A stretch of DNA of 38,423 nucleotides from an uncultured Ruminococcus sp. (GCA_964536645.1 CAZHYD010000001.1:1-38423); one strand, 5' to 3'; positions 10,120 to 19,136 are shown, numbered from the stretch's first letter. The notes: generated by a model not told the origin, from the sequence alone. A program made the numbers and translations.

Positions 10120-11046
10120 TTAGTTCTTAATTATCACCCTGAGCTTTGCGCTGCGGCTTCTGGGGTTTTGTTCCAACTCAAGAGCCGTGGGTTCAATAGG
10201 TTTTTTAGTCAGTAGCCTGCCTTTTGGCGTTTTTCCGCAGACACAAATCGGGAAATCGGGCGGACAGGTGCATCCCGTACAATATTCTTTATAGCGCTGC
10301 TTTACCATTCTATCCTCTAATGAATGGAAGGTTATTATCGCGAGAACGCCATCCTTATTCAGTAGCTCGAAGCATTTATCGAGTGCATCTGCCAGTGCGT
10401 CAAGCTCGCCGTTTACGGCAATTCTTATTGCCTGAAAGCAACGTCTTGCGGGGTGGCCGTCGCGTCTAGCGGCGGCTGGTACTGCCGAAGCAATAATTTC
10501 GGCCAACTGCATTGTTGTTTCAATAGGCTCTTTTTGTCTTTCGGCTACTATTCTTTCGGCAATTCTTACCGAAAACTTTTCCTCACCGAAGCGGTAAAAA
10601 ACATCCGAAAGTTCTTTTGCCGAAAAGGTATTTACAATATCTTTTGCGGAAATTCCGCTTTTGCTCATTCTCATATCGAGCGGTGCATCCTTGTGATAAG
10701 AAAAACCGCGCTCGGCCGTATCCAGCTGGTAAGAAGAAACTCCCAAATCAAGAAGTATTCCGTCAACCTTGGTGATACCGCGTTTTTCAAGTTCTTCACT
10801 CATTCGAGCAAAGTTACTGTGAACAACCTCGGCGTTAAGACCTTCCAACCTTTCGGTTGCGATTTTAACGGCATCGGGGTCACGGTCAAAAGCATAAAGC
10901 TTGCCACCCTTTAGTTTTAGCGCTATTTCCTTTGAATGCCCTGCCCCACCGGCAGTGCCGTCAACATAAATACCGTCAGGTTTTATGTTTAGTGAATCTA
11001 TACATTCGTCAAGTAAAACGGATCTATGATTAAAAATCATACTCAT
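10120..11046 (-). CDS. rsmH: 16S rRNA (cytosine1402-N4)-methyltransferase
   Basis: HRSVLLDECIDSL...DGTAGGAGHS...DLGVSSYQLD...FHSLEDR are RsmH/MraW signatures. Overlaps the mraZ 3' end. Confidence 0.92.
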   Translation of the reverse strand: MSMIFNHRSVLLDECIDSLNIKPDGIYVDGTAGGAGHSKEIALKLKGGKLYAFDRDPDAVKIATERLEGLNAEVVHSNFARMSEELEKRGITKVDGILLDLGVSSYQLDTAERGFSYHKDAPLDMRMSKSGISAKDIVNTFSAKELSDVFYRFGEEKFSVRIAERIVAERQKEPIETTMQLAEIIASAVPAAARRDGHPARRCFQAIRIAVNGELDALADALDKCFELLNKDGVLAIITFHSLEDRMVKQRYKEYCTGCTCPPDFPICVCGKTPKGRLLTKKPIEPTALELEQNPRSRSAKLRVIIKN

Positions 11047-11470
11047 CGGCTAAATTCTCCATAACAGATGAAACAAATTCCAATGTATTGGACTGATTTT
11101 CCTTCTGCCATGCTGCAGAATCCCATATTTCAAGATTCGTATCCATACCTATAATGTGAACCTCTTCACCGAGGGAGGCGTATTCGCGAAGCACGGGCGG
11201 AACAAGTATTCTTCCCTGCGAGTCAAAATCTACGTTAAAGGCGCCGTCATATAGAAAACGCTTAACTGCGCTTGCCTTTGTGCTGGGGAGTGTGCCGATT
11301 TTCTTTACAAACTGGGCCCACTGCTCTGCCGAATAAACGCAAAGACAGTTTTTATTTCCGAAAACGTAACGGCAAATTATGAAGTTTTCGCCAAGTTCTT
11401 CTCTAAAAGCGGAAGGAATGAAAACCCTGCCCTTTTTATCAATTTTATGATCGTAACCACCAAAAAGCAT
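11030..11470 (-). CDS. mraZ: Transcriptional regulator MraZ
   Basis: 146 aa. MLFGGYDHKIDKKGRVFIPSAFRE and a second GRILVPPVLRE repeat show the duplicated SpoVT-AbrB/MraZ fold. GGAGGTG SD. First gene of the dcw cluster. Confidence 0.92.
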   Translation of the reverse strand: MLFGGYDHKIDKKGRVFIPSAFREELGENFIICRYVFGNKNCLCVYSAEQWAQFVKKIGTLPSTKASAVKRFLYDGAFNVDFDSQGRILVPPVLREYASLGEEVHIIGMDTNLEIWDSAAWQKENQSNTLEFVSSVMENLADEYDF

Positions 11471-11489
11471 AGATTTTCACCTCCAAATT

Positions 11490-11572
11490 CACCACTTTAA
11501 TATACTTTTATGGTATTTTAGTACACTTTGCACCACATTTATGATTATAATGGCGGTTTACATAAAAATCAA
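11490..11572 (-). promoter_or_regulatory. mraZ/dcw promoter with a phased array of candidate MraZ boxes
   Basis: Minus strand reads TTGATT (11572-11567), 17 nt, TATAAT (11549-11544). It is followed by AAATGTG (11540-11534), AAAGTGT (11529-11523), AAAATAC (11519-11513), AAAGTAT (11508-11502) and AAAGTGG (11498-11492), spaced 11/10/11/10 nt. Confidence 0.45.
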
Positions 11573-11632
11573 GTGTTTTTTACAAAAAATAAAAAAAATT
11601 TAAAAAAACATTCAAAAATATGGCAAAAACGC

Positions 11633-11673
11633 AAAAAAAGAGACCTTCAAACGAAGGTCTCCTTTGTTTTTTT
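11633..11673 (-). terminator. Rho-independent terminator after nth (bidirectional shape)
   Basis: GAGACCTTC (11640-11648), AAAC loop, GAAGGTCTC (11653-11661). An A7 run lies on the left, which is the U-run on the minus strand. A T-rich run lies on the right. Confidence 0.7.
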
Positions 11674-11681
11674 GAATTTTT

Positions 11682-12314
11682 CTACTTTACTTCAACTTTA
11701 GGACATATATCATTAAGCGGGCAAATATTGCAGTTTGCCTTTCTTGCAGTACAAATATCCCTGCCGAAAAGAACTGTTCTATGGCAAAAATCGTTTGATT
11801 CATCGGGTGGCAAAAGCTTAATCATCTGTATCTCAACTGCGTAAGGATTTTTTGTATTTACAAACCCCAATCTGTTACAAATTCTTATAAAATGAGTATC
11901 TGTAACAACTGCCGGCTCTTTATAAATATCCCCTAAAACAAGATTTGCAGTTTTTCTGCCTACACCCGAAAGGCTTAACAGGTCCTCCATATTGTCAGGC
12001 ACCCTGCCGTCAAAATCCGAAACGATTTTAGTGGCAATACTTACAATATCCTTTGCCTTGGTTTTGTAAAGTCCGCAGGTTTTAATAAGCTCCTCTACCC
12101 TGCCAATATCAGCCGACGACATTTCCTTTGCTGTGGGAAACTCTTTAAAAAGAGCGGGTGTTACCATATTAACTCTTTTATCGGTACATTGAGCCGAAAG
12201 CCTTGTTGCAACAAGCAACTGAAAAGCGTCCGCATAATCAAGTGAGCATATTGCATCGGGATAAAGTGCTTTTAGTCTTTTTACCGCTTCTGTAGCGCGT
12301 TCTTTTTTACGCAT
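11682..12314 (-). CDS. nth: Endonuclease III (DNA glycosylase/AP lyase)
   Basis: 210 aa with HhH-GPD (LLSLSGVGRKTANLVL) and a C-terminal 4Fe-4S cluster loop (CTARKANCNICPLNDIC). Confidence 0.9.
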   Translation of the reverse strand: MRKKERATEAVKRLKALYPDAICSLDYADAFQLLVATRLSAQCTDKRVNMVTPALFKEFPTAKEMSSADIGRVEELIKTCGLYKTKAKDIVSIATKIVSDFDGRVPDNMEDLLSLSGVGRKTANLVLGDIYKEPAVVTDTHFIRICNRLGFVNTKNPYAVEIQMIKLLPPDESNDFCHRTVLFGRDICTARKANCNICPLNDICPKVEVK

Positions 12315-13356
12315 TTACATCACCAAGCTTTAAATCGTTAGGCTTAATAAGTTTTAATTTACGCATAGCCTCCGCTATAGCAAGTGTAACAACCGCAGGA
12401 AGCACAAAGTGCATAAGCAGTATTTCAAGCAATGCAACTATCGGTGAAACGCCCGCAGCAACCATACTGTCATAAGCCATAAACTGACCTACAAGACCTG
12501 CCGAACCCATGCCCGAGCCTACGGGGTTGCTGACCATCTTAAATACCATTGACGAAAGGGGCGCTAAAACTGCGCTCGAAATTATTGAAGGAAGCCATAT
12601 AATCGGCTTCTTAACAATATTAGGCACCTGAAGCATAGAAGTACCAAGACCTTGCGCTATAAGACCGCTAAACTTATTCTCACGGTAGCTGATTACGGCA
12701 AAGCCTACCATATTACAGCAACAACCAATAGTTGCCGCACCTGCCGCAAGACCCGTAATGCCCATTGAAATACCTATAGCAGCCGAAGAAATAGGTAAGG
12801 TTAAAATCATACCCATAAGTACGGAAACCACAATAGCGCCAAAGAAGGGATGATTCTCAACGTTAACGTTTACAAGGTTGCCTAAAAATACCATAGCATA
12901 GGAAATGTAAGGCCCTATAAAATAGCCTGCGGCAGCACCCGTAATAATGCAAGAAATGGGTGTTACGATAATATCCACCTTTGTTTTGCCCGATACCAAT
13001 GCGCCGATTTCAATTGCAACGTAAGCTGCTATAAAGGCGCCAAGCGGCTCACCGGGGGCACCTATCGCAAAAGCTTCCTTGGCAACGGTCGGGAAGGCGC
13101 CTATCATACCGCATACTGCGGCAGAAACTGTAGTAAGGGGTGAAGACTTTAATTTGCAGGCTACACCTACACCTATTCCCGCACCCGTAAGGGTTTTGGC
13201 AACGCTGCCGATAGCATTAAGATATTGACCTATGAGGTTATCGCCTACAAGGTTTGCTATCTGACAAATGATAGTACCTATTATAAGGGTAGAAAAAAGA
13301 CCGTAAGCCATACCGGACAAGCCGTCGATAAATAAGCGGTTAAAATACTTCTTCAT
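12307..13356 (-). CDS. PTS EIIC-like integral membrane permease (EIIC_2-type), orphan
   Basis: 349 aa, highly hydrophobic and Gly/Ala-rich with about 10 TM segments. The N-terminus (FIDGLSGMAYGLFSTLIIGTI) recalls the stand-alone EIIC-like family. No EIIA/EIIB/HPr gene is in the window. Family call is from memory, not a search. Confidence 0.55.
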   Translation of the reverse strand: MKKYFNRLFIDGLSGMAYGLFSTLIIGTIICQIANLVGDNLIGQYLNAIGSVAKTLTGAGIGVGVACKLKSSPLTTVSAAVCGMIGAFPTVAKEAFAIGAPGEPLGAFIAAYVAIEIGALVSGKTKVDIIVTPISCIITGAAAGYFIGPYISYAMVFLGNLVNVNVENHPFFGAIVVSVLMGMILTLPISSAAIGISMGITGLAAGAATIGCCCNMVGFAVISYRENKFSGLIAQGLGTSMLQVPNIVKKPIIWLPSIISSAVLAPLSSMVFKMVSNPVGSGMGSAGLVGQFMAYDSMVAAGVSPIVALLEILLMHFVLPAVVTLAIAEAMRKLKLIKPNDLKLGDVNA

Positions 13357-13396
13357 TGCTTAAACTTCCTTTCAAAAAATTTTAAATATTGCTTAA

Positions 13397-13425
13397 ATTA
13401 TAATACCTTTGTTTAAAAAAAACAA
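13397..13425 (-). promoter_or_regulatory. Candidate promoter for the EIIC-like/nth unit
   Basis: Minus strand reads TTGTTT (13425-13420), 17 nt, TATAAT (13402-13397), in the divergent intergenic region. Confidence 0.35.
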
Positions 13426-13500
13426 TAGCGTATATGCCGATATTTATACGAAATACTAATACAAATTTAATAAAATTTTATATTCTCTTGGAGGTTTCTA

Positions 13501-14481
13501 ATGAAAACGGTAGGCTTTTTTGACACTAAATCCTATGATAAGGACAGTTTTTTAAAATTCTCAAACGGAAGTATTAATTTTAGGTTTTTTGAAAACAAGC
13601 TTAATCCCGATACGGTTAGTATGGCCGCAGGTTGCGACGCCGTATGCGCCTTTGTAAACGACAATATAAACAAATACGTTATCGAAACGTTAGATAGACT
13701 GGGGGTAAAATTTATTGCCCTGCGCTGTGCGGGATACAACAACGTTGACCTAAAAACCGCTAAAGGTAAAATAAAAATTGCCCGCGTGCCCGCATACTCG
13801 CCCTATGCCGTTGCCGAACACGCAATGGGTATGGTGCTTACCCTCAACCGCAAACTGCACCGAGCTTATATCAGAACGCGTGACCATAACTTTTCACTTG
13901 AAGGGCTTACCGGATTTGACCTTAAAGACAAGGCGGTAGGTATAATCGGTACCGGTAAAATCGGTCAATGCTTTGCAGATATTTGTCGCGGTTTTGGGAT
14001 GGAAATTTTAGGTTATGACCCTTATGAAAACAAAGATTTTTGTGGAAAGTATACATCCTTGGACGAACTTTTCAAAAAGAGTGATATTATATCGCTTCAC
14101 TGCCCCTTAACAAAAGAAAACCGCCATCTTATAAATAAAGAAAACATTGAAAAAATGAAAAACGGAGTATTTATCATAAATACCTCGCGCGGTGACCTTA
14201 TAGATACGCAGGCACTTATTGCAGGTCTTAAAGAAGGCAAAGTCGGCGCAGCAGGTCTTGACGTTTATGAAGAAGAAACCTCACTCTTTTTTGAGGATTA
14301 TTCCGAAGAAATCATACACGACGACGTGCTTTCAACAATAATTTCAATGCCCAACGTGCTTGTGACATCGCACCAAGCCTTTTTGACCCGCGAAGCGCTT
14401 GACGCTATTGCAAAAACCACACTCCAGAATTTAGAGGATTATTTTGCCGAAAAAACACTAAAAAATCAAATAACAGTTTGA
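13501..14481 (+). CDS. ldhA: D-isomer-specific 2-hydroxyacid dehydrogenase (D-lactate dehydrogenase-like)
   Basis: 326 aa with NAD-binding GIIGTGKIGQ, catalytic-region motifs (SLHCPLT, NTSRG, HQAF) and a D-LDH-like N-terminus. GGAGG SD. Confidence 0.78.
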   Translation: MKTVGFFDTKSYDKDSFLKFSNGSINFRFFENKLNPDTVSMAAGCDAVCAFVNDNINKYVIETLDRLGVKFIALRCAGYNNVDLKTAKGKIKIARVPAYSPYAVAEHAMGMVLTLNRKLHRAYIRTRDHNFSLEGLTGFDLKDKAVGIIGTGKIGQCFADICRGFGMEILGYDPYENKDFCGKYTSLDELFKKSDIISLHCPLTKENRHLINKENIEKMKNGVFIINTSRGDLIDTQALIAGLKEGKVGAAGLDVYEEETSLFFEDYSEEIIHDDVLSTIISMPNVLVTSHQAFLTREALDAIAKTTLQNLEDYFAEKTLKNQITV

Positions 14482-14540
14482 TTTTTTATATAACGCGTGT
14501 TAAAATGATTATATAAATCATTTGAATCGGAGTTCATAAA

Positions 14541-15209
14541 ATGACAAGGATTTACGTTGTGCGTCATTGTGAAGCTATAGGAAACGTAATGCGCGTTTTT
14601 CAAGGCACTACCGACCTTGATATAAGTGACCTAGGCGCAAAACAGTTAAATTTTCTAAACAAAAGATTTGAAAATATTCAGCTTGACAAGATATATTCAA
14701 GTCCGCTTATAAGGGCTTACAAAACCGCTGGGGCCATTCGCGGTAATAAGGATATCCCCATTGTAAAAAGCAAAGGTCTTTGCGAGCTTGACGGCGGCGT
14801 AATTGAAGGTCGACCCATGGCCGAAACCTTTACTAATAACCCCGACCTTGCAGATGCTTGGGATAATCATCCTGAGGATTTCGCCCCAAAAAACGGCGAA
14901 AAAATGACCGACGCGTACGAGCGCATCTGGAACGAAATTAAAAAAATCGCCCAAGAAAATTGCGGTAAAAGCGTTGCTCTCACTTCCCACGGCGGTGTTA
15001 TACGCTGTCTTTCCTGCAGACTTTTATACGGCAGCATTGAAAAATTAAAGGATACTCCTTGGTGTGAAAACACAGGCGTTTGCCTCATTGAGTTTGATAA
15101 TTATTTAAACCCCACCGCCGCCTATCTCAGTGACATTTCTCATTTACCCGAAGAATACGTCAACAAAAAGACCAGAATTGCATCTATTATGAGGGGGTCT
15201 GCAAAATGA
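14541..15209 (+). CDS. Histidine phosphatase (phosphoglycerate mutase) family protein
   Basis: 222 aa. RIYVVRHCEAIGN matches the RHG-type catalytic motif but with Cys in place of Gly. The second His motif is LTSHGGVIR. Confidence 0.78.
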   Translation: MTRIYVVRHCEAIGNVMRVFQGTTDLDISDLGAKQLNFLNKRFENIQLDKIYSSPLIRAYKTAGAIRGNKDIPIVKSKGLCELDGGVIEGRPMAETFTNNPDLADAWDNHPEDFAPKNGEKMTDAYERIWNEIKKIAQENCGKSVALTSHGGVIRCLSCRLLYGSIEKLKDTPWCENTGVCLIEFDNYLNPTAAYLSDISHLPEEYVNKKTRIASIMRGSAK

Positions 15210-15625
15210 TAATAATGTCCGTCGACCTCGGCAAAGCAAGAACGGGCATTGCCGTTTCGGATGAGAGCGAAAGCTTTGCTTTTCCGAAAAAGGTAATAAC
15301 CGAATACAGCACCGAAAAGCTTATACTGAAAATATGTGACTGTGCTAAAGAACTCGGCGCAAAACGTATTGTTGTTGGGCTTCCCAAAAATATGGACGGC
15401 TCACTGGGCACCCGCGCCCAAGAATGTACCGAAATTGCAAAACGTATTGAAGAAACAAGCGGTATTGAGGTTGTACTTTGGGACGAACGTTGCACCACCC
15501 TTTCTGCCCACGTCGCCCTGAACTATACAAACACCACCGGCAAAAAGCGAAAAGAAGTGGTTGACGCGGTTGCTGCGGTTATAATTTTGGAAGATTATTT
15601 AGGCTTTAAGAAAAATAAGAGGTGA
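15206..15625 (+). CDS. ruvX: Holliday-junction-resolvase-like putative pre-16S rRNA nuclease RuvX/YqgF
   Basis: 139 aa. MSVDLGKARTGIAVSD...VVGLPKNMDGS...DERCTT... are YqgF family motifs. The ATGA start overlaps the upstream stop. Confidence 0.85.
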   Translation: MIIMSVDLGKARTGIAVSDESESFAFPKKVITEYSTEKLILKICDCAKELGAKRIVVGLPKNMDGSLGTRAQECTEIAKRIEETSGIEVVLWDERCTTLSAHVALNYTNTTGKKRKEVVDAVAAVIILEDYLGFKKNKR

Positions 15626-15631
15626 CTTAAA

Positions 15632-16315
15632 ATGTATAAATACGAAACCCATCTTCACACACAAAATTGCAGCGCTTGCGCCTATTCAACACCAAAGCAG
15701 ATGATAAACGCTTTGAAAGAAAAGGGTTATGCAGGCACCATCATAACAAACCATTTTTACCACGGTAATACCGCAATTGACCGCAATTTAAACTGGCGTG
15801 AATTTGTTGAACATTATGAAAATGATTATTTTGAAGCCAAAGAATACGGTGACAGTGTCGGAATTAAGGTGTTTTTCGGTATTGAAGAAGGTATTGGCGG
15901 AGGTAAAGAGGTTATCATTTGCGGCGTAACGCCCGAAGCCCTTAAAAGCTGCGATGACTTCGTTAACTATACTACCGAGCAGATATCCGAATTTGCTCAC
16001 AAAAACGGCGGTATAATAATTGCGGCTCACCCCTTCCGTAACAGACCATATATTTCTAATCCCGATAAGGAGCCTGACCATACCCTTTTTGATGCAATTG
16101 AAGGCTTTAATCTCGGAAATCGTGATGATGAAAACGTAAAAGGTCTTGCCTTTGCCAAAAAGCACGGCCTTCCCGCAACATCAGGCGGTGACGTTCACGT
16201 TGCAGAACATATAGGACACTCGGGCATAGCTTTCGATTATCCTATTGAAACCGATGAACAGTTGGTAGAGGGCATTAAATCCGGCAACTTCAAACTTATA
16301 GGCGTTGATTTATAA
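15632..16315 (+). CDS. PHP-domain metal-dependent phosphoesterase
   Basis: 227 aa. The N-terminal YETHLHTQ...S.C is a PHP His motif. Later residues include ITNHF, AAHPFR and GGDVH. Confidence 0.7.
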   Translation: MYKYETHLHTQNCSACAYSTPKQMINALKEKGYAGTIITNHFYHGNTAIDRNLNWREFVEHYENDYFEAKEYGDSVGIKVFFGIEEGIGGGKEVIICGVTPEALKSCDDFVNYTTEQISEFAHKNGGIIIAAHPFRNRPYISNPDKEPDHTLFDAIEGFNLGNRDDENVKGLAFAKKHGLPATSGGDVHVAEHIGHSGIAFDYPIETDEQLVEGIKSGNFKLIGVDL

Positions 16316-16331
16316 ACGTAAATAAAAAAAG

Positions 16332-16367
16332 AAAAACGGTTCAGACTTTTTGGTCTGAACCGTTTTT
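16332..16367. terminator. Bidirectional rho-independent terminator shared by the PHP gene (+) and transketolase (-)
   Basis: CGGTTCAGAC (16337-16346) pairs with GTCTGAACCG (16353-16362). A5 and T6 flanks extend the stem to about 15 bp. It lies between the convergent stops at 16315 and 16372. Confidence 0.78.
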
Positions 16368-16371
16368 TATA

Positions 16372-17319
16372 TTACTTTTTCATTGAAATTGCTTTTTTAG
16401 CCTTTTCAACAATGTTTACTGCGCGAAGACCGAATTGGTCTAAAAGCTTTGCCGCAGGGCCCGAATAACCAAAGGTGTCGTTAACACCGAGCTTTACAAC
16501 GGGTGTGGGGCATTCTTCCGAAAGAAGCGCGCTCACCGCACTGCCAAGACCGCCGATTACCGAATGTTCTTCAGCGGTAACAATAGCACCTGTTTCTTTA
16601 GCTGCCTTAAGAACAATATCATTATCAAGCGGTTTAATGGTATGCATATTTATAATTCTTGCACTTATTCCCTCTTCCTTTAAGAGTTCATAAGCTTCAA
16701 GCGCTTCCTTAACCAAAAGACCGGTAGCAATAATTGTAACGTCGGTACCGCTCTTAAGTTCAACTCCCTTGCCAACCTCAAATTTGTAATCGTCATCAAA
16801 AACAACCGGCACGGCAAGACGTCCGAATCTCATATAAACGGGACCGTCAATTTCCATAGCAGCCTTTACTGCGGCCTTTGCTTCAACAGCGTCCGCAGGG
16901 TTGATAATGGTCATACCGGGTATTGAGCGCATAAGCGCGATATCTTCACAGCACTGATGGGAAGCACCGTCCTCACCAACAGAGATACCTGCGTGTGTAG
17001 CGCCGATAATAACTTTAAGATGGGGGTAACCGATGGAATTTCTTACCTGCTCAAAAGCGCGGCCTGCAGCAAACATCGCAAAGGAACTGCATATCACACG
17101 CTTGCCTGTGGCGGCAATACCCGCAGCAATACTCATCATATTCTGTTCTGCAATACCGCAGTCGTAAAATCTTTCAGGATAAGCCTTTTTGAAAACGCCT
17201 GTCTGCGTAGCTGCCGCAAGGTCAGCATCTAAAACGATAAAATCGTCACGTTCTGCACCGAGTTCAAGCAAAGCCTGACCGAAACCTACTCTGGTTGCAA
17301 CATTCTTAACTTCTGCCAT
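16372..17319 (-). CDS. Transketolase, C-terminal (pyrimidine-binding) subunit
   Basis: 315 aa. RVGFGQALLELG...DADLAAAT...CGIAEQNM... Lies next to the N-terminal subunit, the split tkt arrangement common in anaerobes. Confidence 0.9.
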   Translation of the reverse strand: MAEVKNVATRVGFGQALLELGAERDDFIVLDADLAAATQTGVFKKAYPERFYDCGIAEQNMMSIAAGIAATGKRVICSSFAMFAAGRAFEQVRNSIGYPHLKVIIGATHAGISVGEDGASHQCCEDIALMRSIPGMTIINPADAVEAKAAVKAAMEIDGPVYMRFGRLAVPVVFDDDYKFEVGKGVELKSGTDVTIIATGLLVKEALEAYELLKEEGISARIINMHTIKPLDNDIVLKAAKETGAIVTAEEHSVIGGLGSAVSALLSEECPTPVVKLGVNDTFGYSGPAAKLLDQFGLRAVNIVEKAKKAISMKK

Positions 17320-17334
17320 TTTGCTTTTCCTCCC

Positions 17335-18180
17335 TTACTGAAGCTCTGCAAGCTGTTCTTTAAGTTCAGCCATTGCCTGCTCGTACTGTTCATCGTTGGG
17401 GGCAACACCGTGCCAACCAACCGCGTTTTCCATAAACGAAACGCCCTTGCCCTTAACAGTTTTTGCTATAATTGCAACGGGCTTGTCAACTGTTGCGGCT
17501 TCGTTTAAAGCGGCTTCAATCTGGTCAAAATCGTTACCGTCAATAACAATGGTATGCCAGTTAAACGCTTCAAACTTCTTATCAATAGGACATGCAGAGT
17601 TAACTTCCTCAATAGTGCCGTCTATCTGAAGATTATTGTAGTCCACAAAAACGGTAAGATTTGAAAGGTTCTTGTTTGCGGCAAACATAGCGGCTTCCCA
17701 AACCTGACCTTCTTCTATTTCACCGTCACCCAAAATCGAGTAAACGTTAAAGCCTGTGCCATAATGCTTTGAAGAAAGAGCCATACCAACCGCTGCGGAA
17801 ACGCCTTGACCCAAAGAGCCGGTAGACATATCAACACCGGGGATTTTCTTCATATCAGGATGTCCTTGTAAAATACTGCCGGGCTGACGCAAGGTTTTAA
17901 GAAGTTCCACGTCAAAAAAACCTTTTAGTGCTAAAACGGCGTAAAGTGCGGGTGCCGCGTGACCTTTTGAAAGAACAAAGCGATCTCTGTTCTCCATACG
18001 CGGATTGTTAACATCTATATTCATATGCTTAAAATATAGATAGGTGAGTATTTCCACCGAAGAAAGCGAGCCACCCGGATGACCGGCTTTAGCGGCGTGC
18101 ACCCCTTCAATAATACCCATTCTTGCTTTGCAGGCTGTGATTTGCAATTCTTTTTTAACTGCAGTATCCATCATTTCCAT
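17335..18180 (-). CDS. Transketolase, N-terminal (thiamine-diphosphate-binding) subunit
   Basis: 281 aa. AKAGHPGGSLS, SKGHAAPALYA and the GDGEIEEGQVWEA ThDP motif. Confidence 0.9.
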   Translation of the reverse strand: MEMMDTAVKKELQITACKARMGIIEGVHAAKAGHPGGSLSSVEILTYLYFKHMNIDVNNPRMENRDRFVLSKGHAAPALYAVLALKGFFDVELLKTLRQPGSILQGHPDMKKIPGVDMSTGSLGQGVSAAVGMALSSKHYGTGFNVYSILGDGEIEEGQVWEAAMFAANKNLSNLTVFVDYNNLQIDGTIEEVNSACPIDKKFEAFNWHTIVIDGNDFDQIEAALNEAATVDKPVAIIAKTVKGKGVSFMENAVGWHGVAPNDEQYEQAMAELKEQLAELQ

Positions 18181-18227
18181 CCTTTCATATTAAAAGTACG
18201 CGCAAGTTTTTTAGCCCTACTGCCATA

Positions 18228-19136
18228 CTAAAAATTACATTTTTTTAAAAACTTTTCGAAATATTCGGGATTTGGCGCTTCAAATTCAAGATATTCATTT
18301 GTTCTCGGATGAACGAAGCCTATCTTCTTTGCGTGCAGGCATTGACCCGAAAGCTCGGTTATAACCTTTTTGGGACCGTAAACATCATCCCCTGCTACAG
18401 GGTGACCAAGGTAGGCCATATGCACCCTTATTTGATGCGTTCTTCCTGTTTCGAGCTTCAGCTTTACGTAGGTAAAGCCGTTTGAGCGCCCCAACACCTC
18501 ATAATGTGTTACCGCTTCTCTGCCGCCGCTTTTCGTAACCGCCATTTGCTTACGCTTTACGGGGTGACGGCCTATGGGCGCGTCAACAACACCACTGTCA
18601 TTTTTAAGGTTGCCGTAAACTATGGCAACGTATTCGCGTGTAAATGAATGTTCCTTAATCTGCCCAGCCAAACCGGTATGCGCAAAATCGTTTTTTGCCA
18701 CCATTAAAAGACCGCTTGTGTTTTTATCAATACGGTGAACAATGCCGGGTCGCATAACCCCGTTTATTCCCGAAAGAGAGTCGCCGCAATGGTACATAAG
18801 TGCGTTAACAAGGGTGCCGTCAAGATTTCCTGCGGCGGGGTGAACCACCATTCCCTTAGGCTTATTAACTACCAAAAGGTCGCCGTCCTCATAAACTATG
18901 TCAAGTTCAATATTCTGCGCAACGACGTCATACTCTTCAGCATCGGGCAATATTATATCAACCCTGTCCCCCCGCTTCAAAAGGGTCTTTTTAGACACCT
19001 TCGCACCGTTTACCGTGACACATTCGGCTTCAATAAGCTGTACCGCTCTTGAACGCGAAATCTCAGCGGCAAGGCTTACAAAAACATCAAGTCTTTCGGT
19101 GCTTTCTTTTTCAAAAATTACCTCAAATTTATCCAT
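18228..19136 (-). CDS. rluD: 23S rRNA pseudouridine synthase, RluA/RluD family
   Basis: 302 aa with an N-terminal S4 domain, catalytic HRIDKNTSGLLMVAKN and GRTHQIRVH. Confidence 0.9.
   Translation of the reverse strand: MDKFEVIFEKESTERLDVFVSLAAEISRSRAVQLIEAECVTVNGAKVSKKTLLKRGDRVDIILPDAEEYDVVAQNIELDIVYEDGDLLVVNKPKGMVVHPAAGNLDGTLVNALMYHCGDSLSGINGVMRPGIVHRIDKNTSGLLMVAKNDFAHTGLAGQIKEHSFTREYVAIVYGNLKNDSGVVDAPIGRHPVKRKQMAVTKSGGREAVTHYEVLGRSNGFTYVKLKLETGRTHQIRVHMAYLGHPVAGDDVYGPKKVITELSGQCLHAKKIGFVHPRTNEYLEFEAPNPEYFEKFLKKCNF

Noticed and set aside
11620-11844. 74-aa plus-strand ORF between mraZ and nth.
   Set aside because: It reads through the terminator hairpin and the nth 3' end, and has no SD.
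14503-14523. AT-only palindrome AAATGATT-ATATA-AATCATTT between ldhA and the phosphatase gene, considered as a terminator or operator.
   Set aside because: The stem is 8 bp of A/T pairs with no U-tract, so stability would be very low. I cannot distinguish it from chance in AT-rich spacer DNA.
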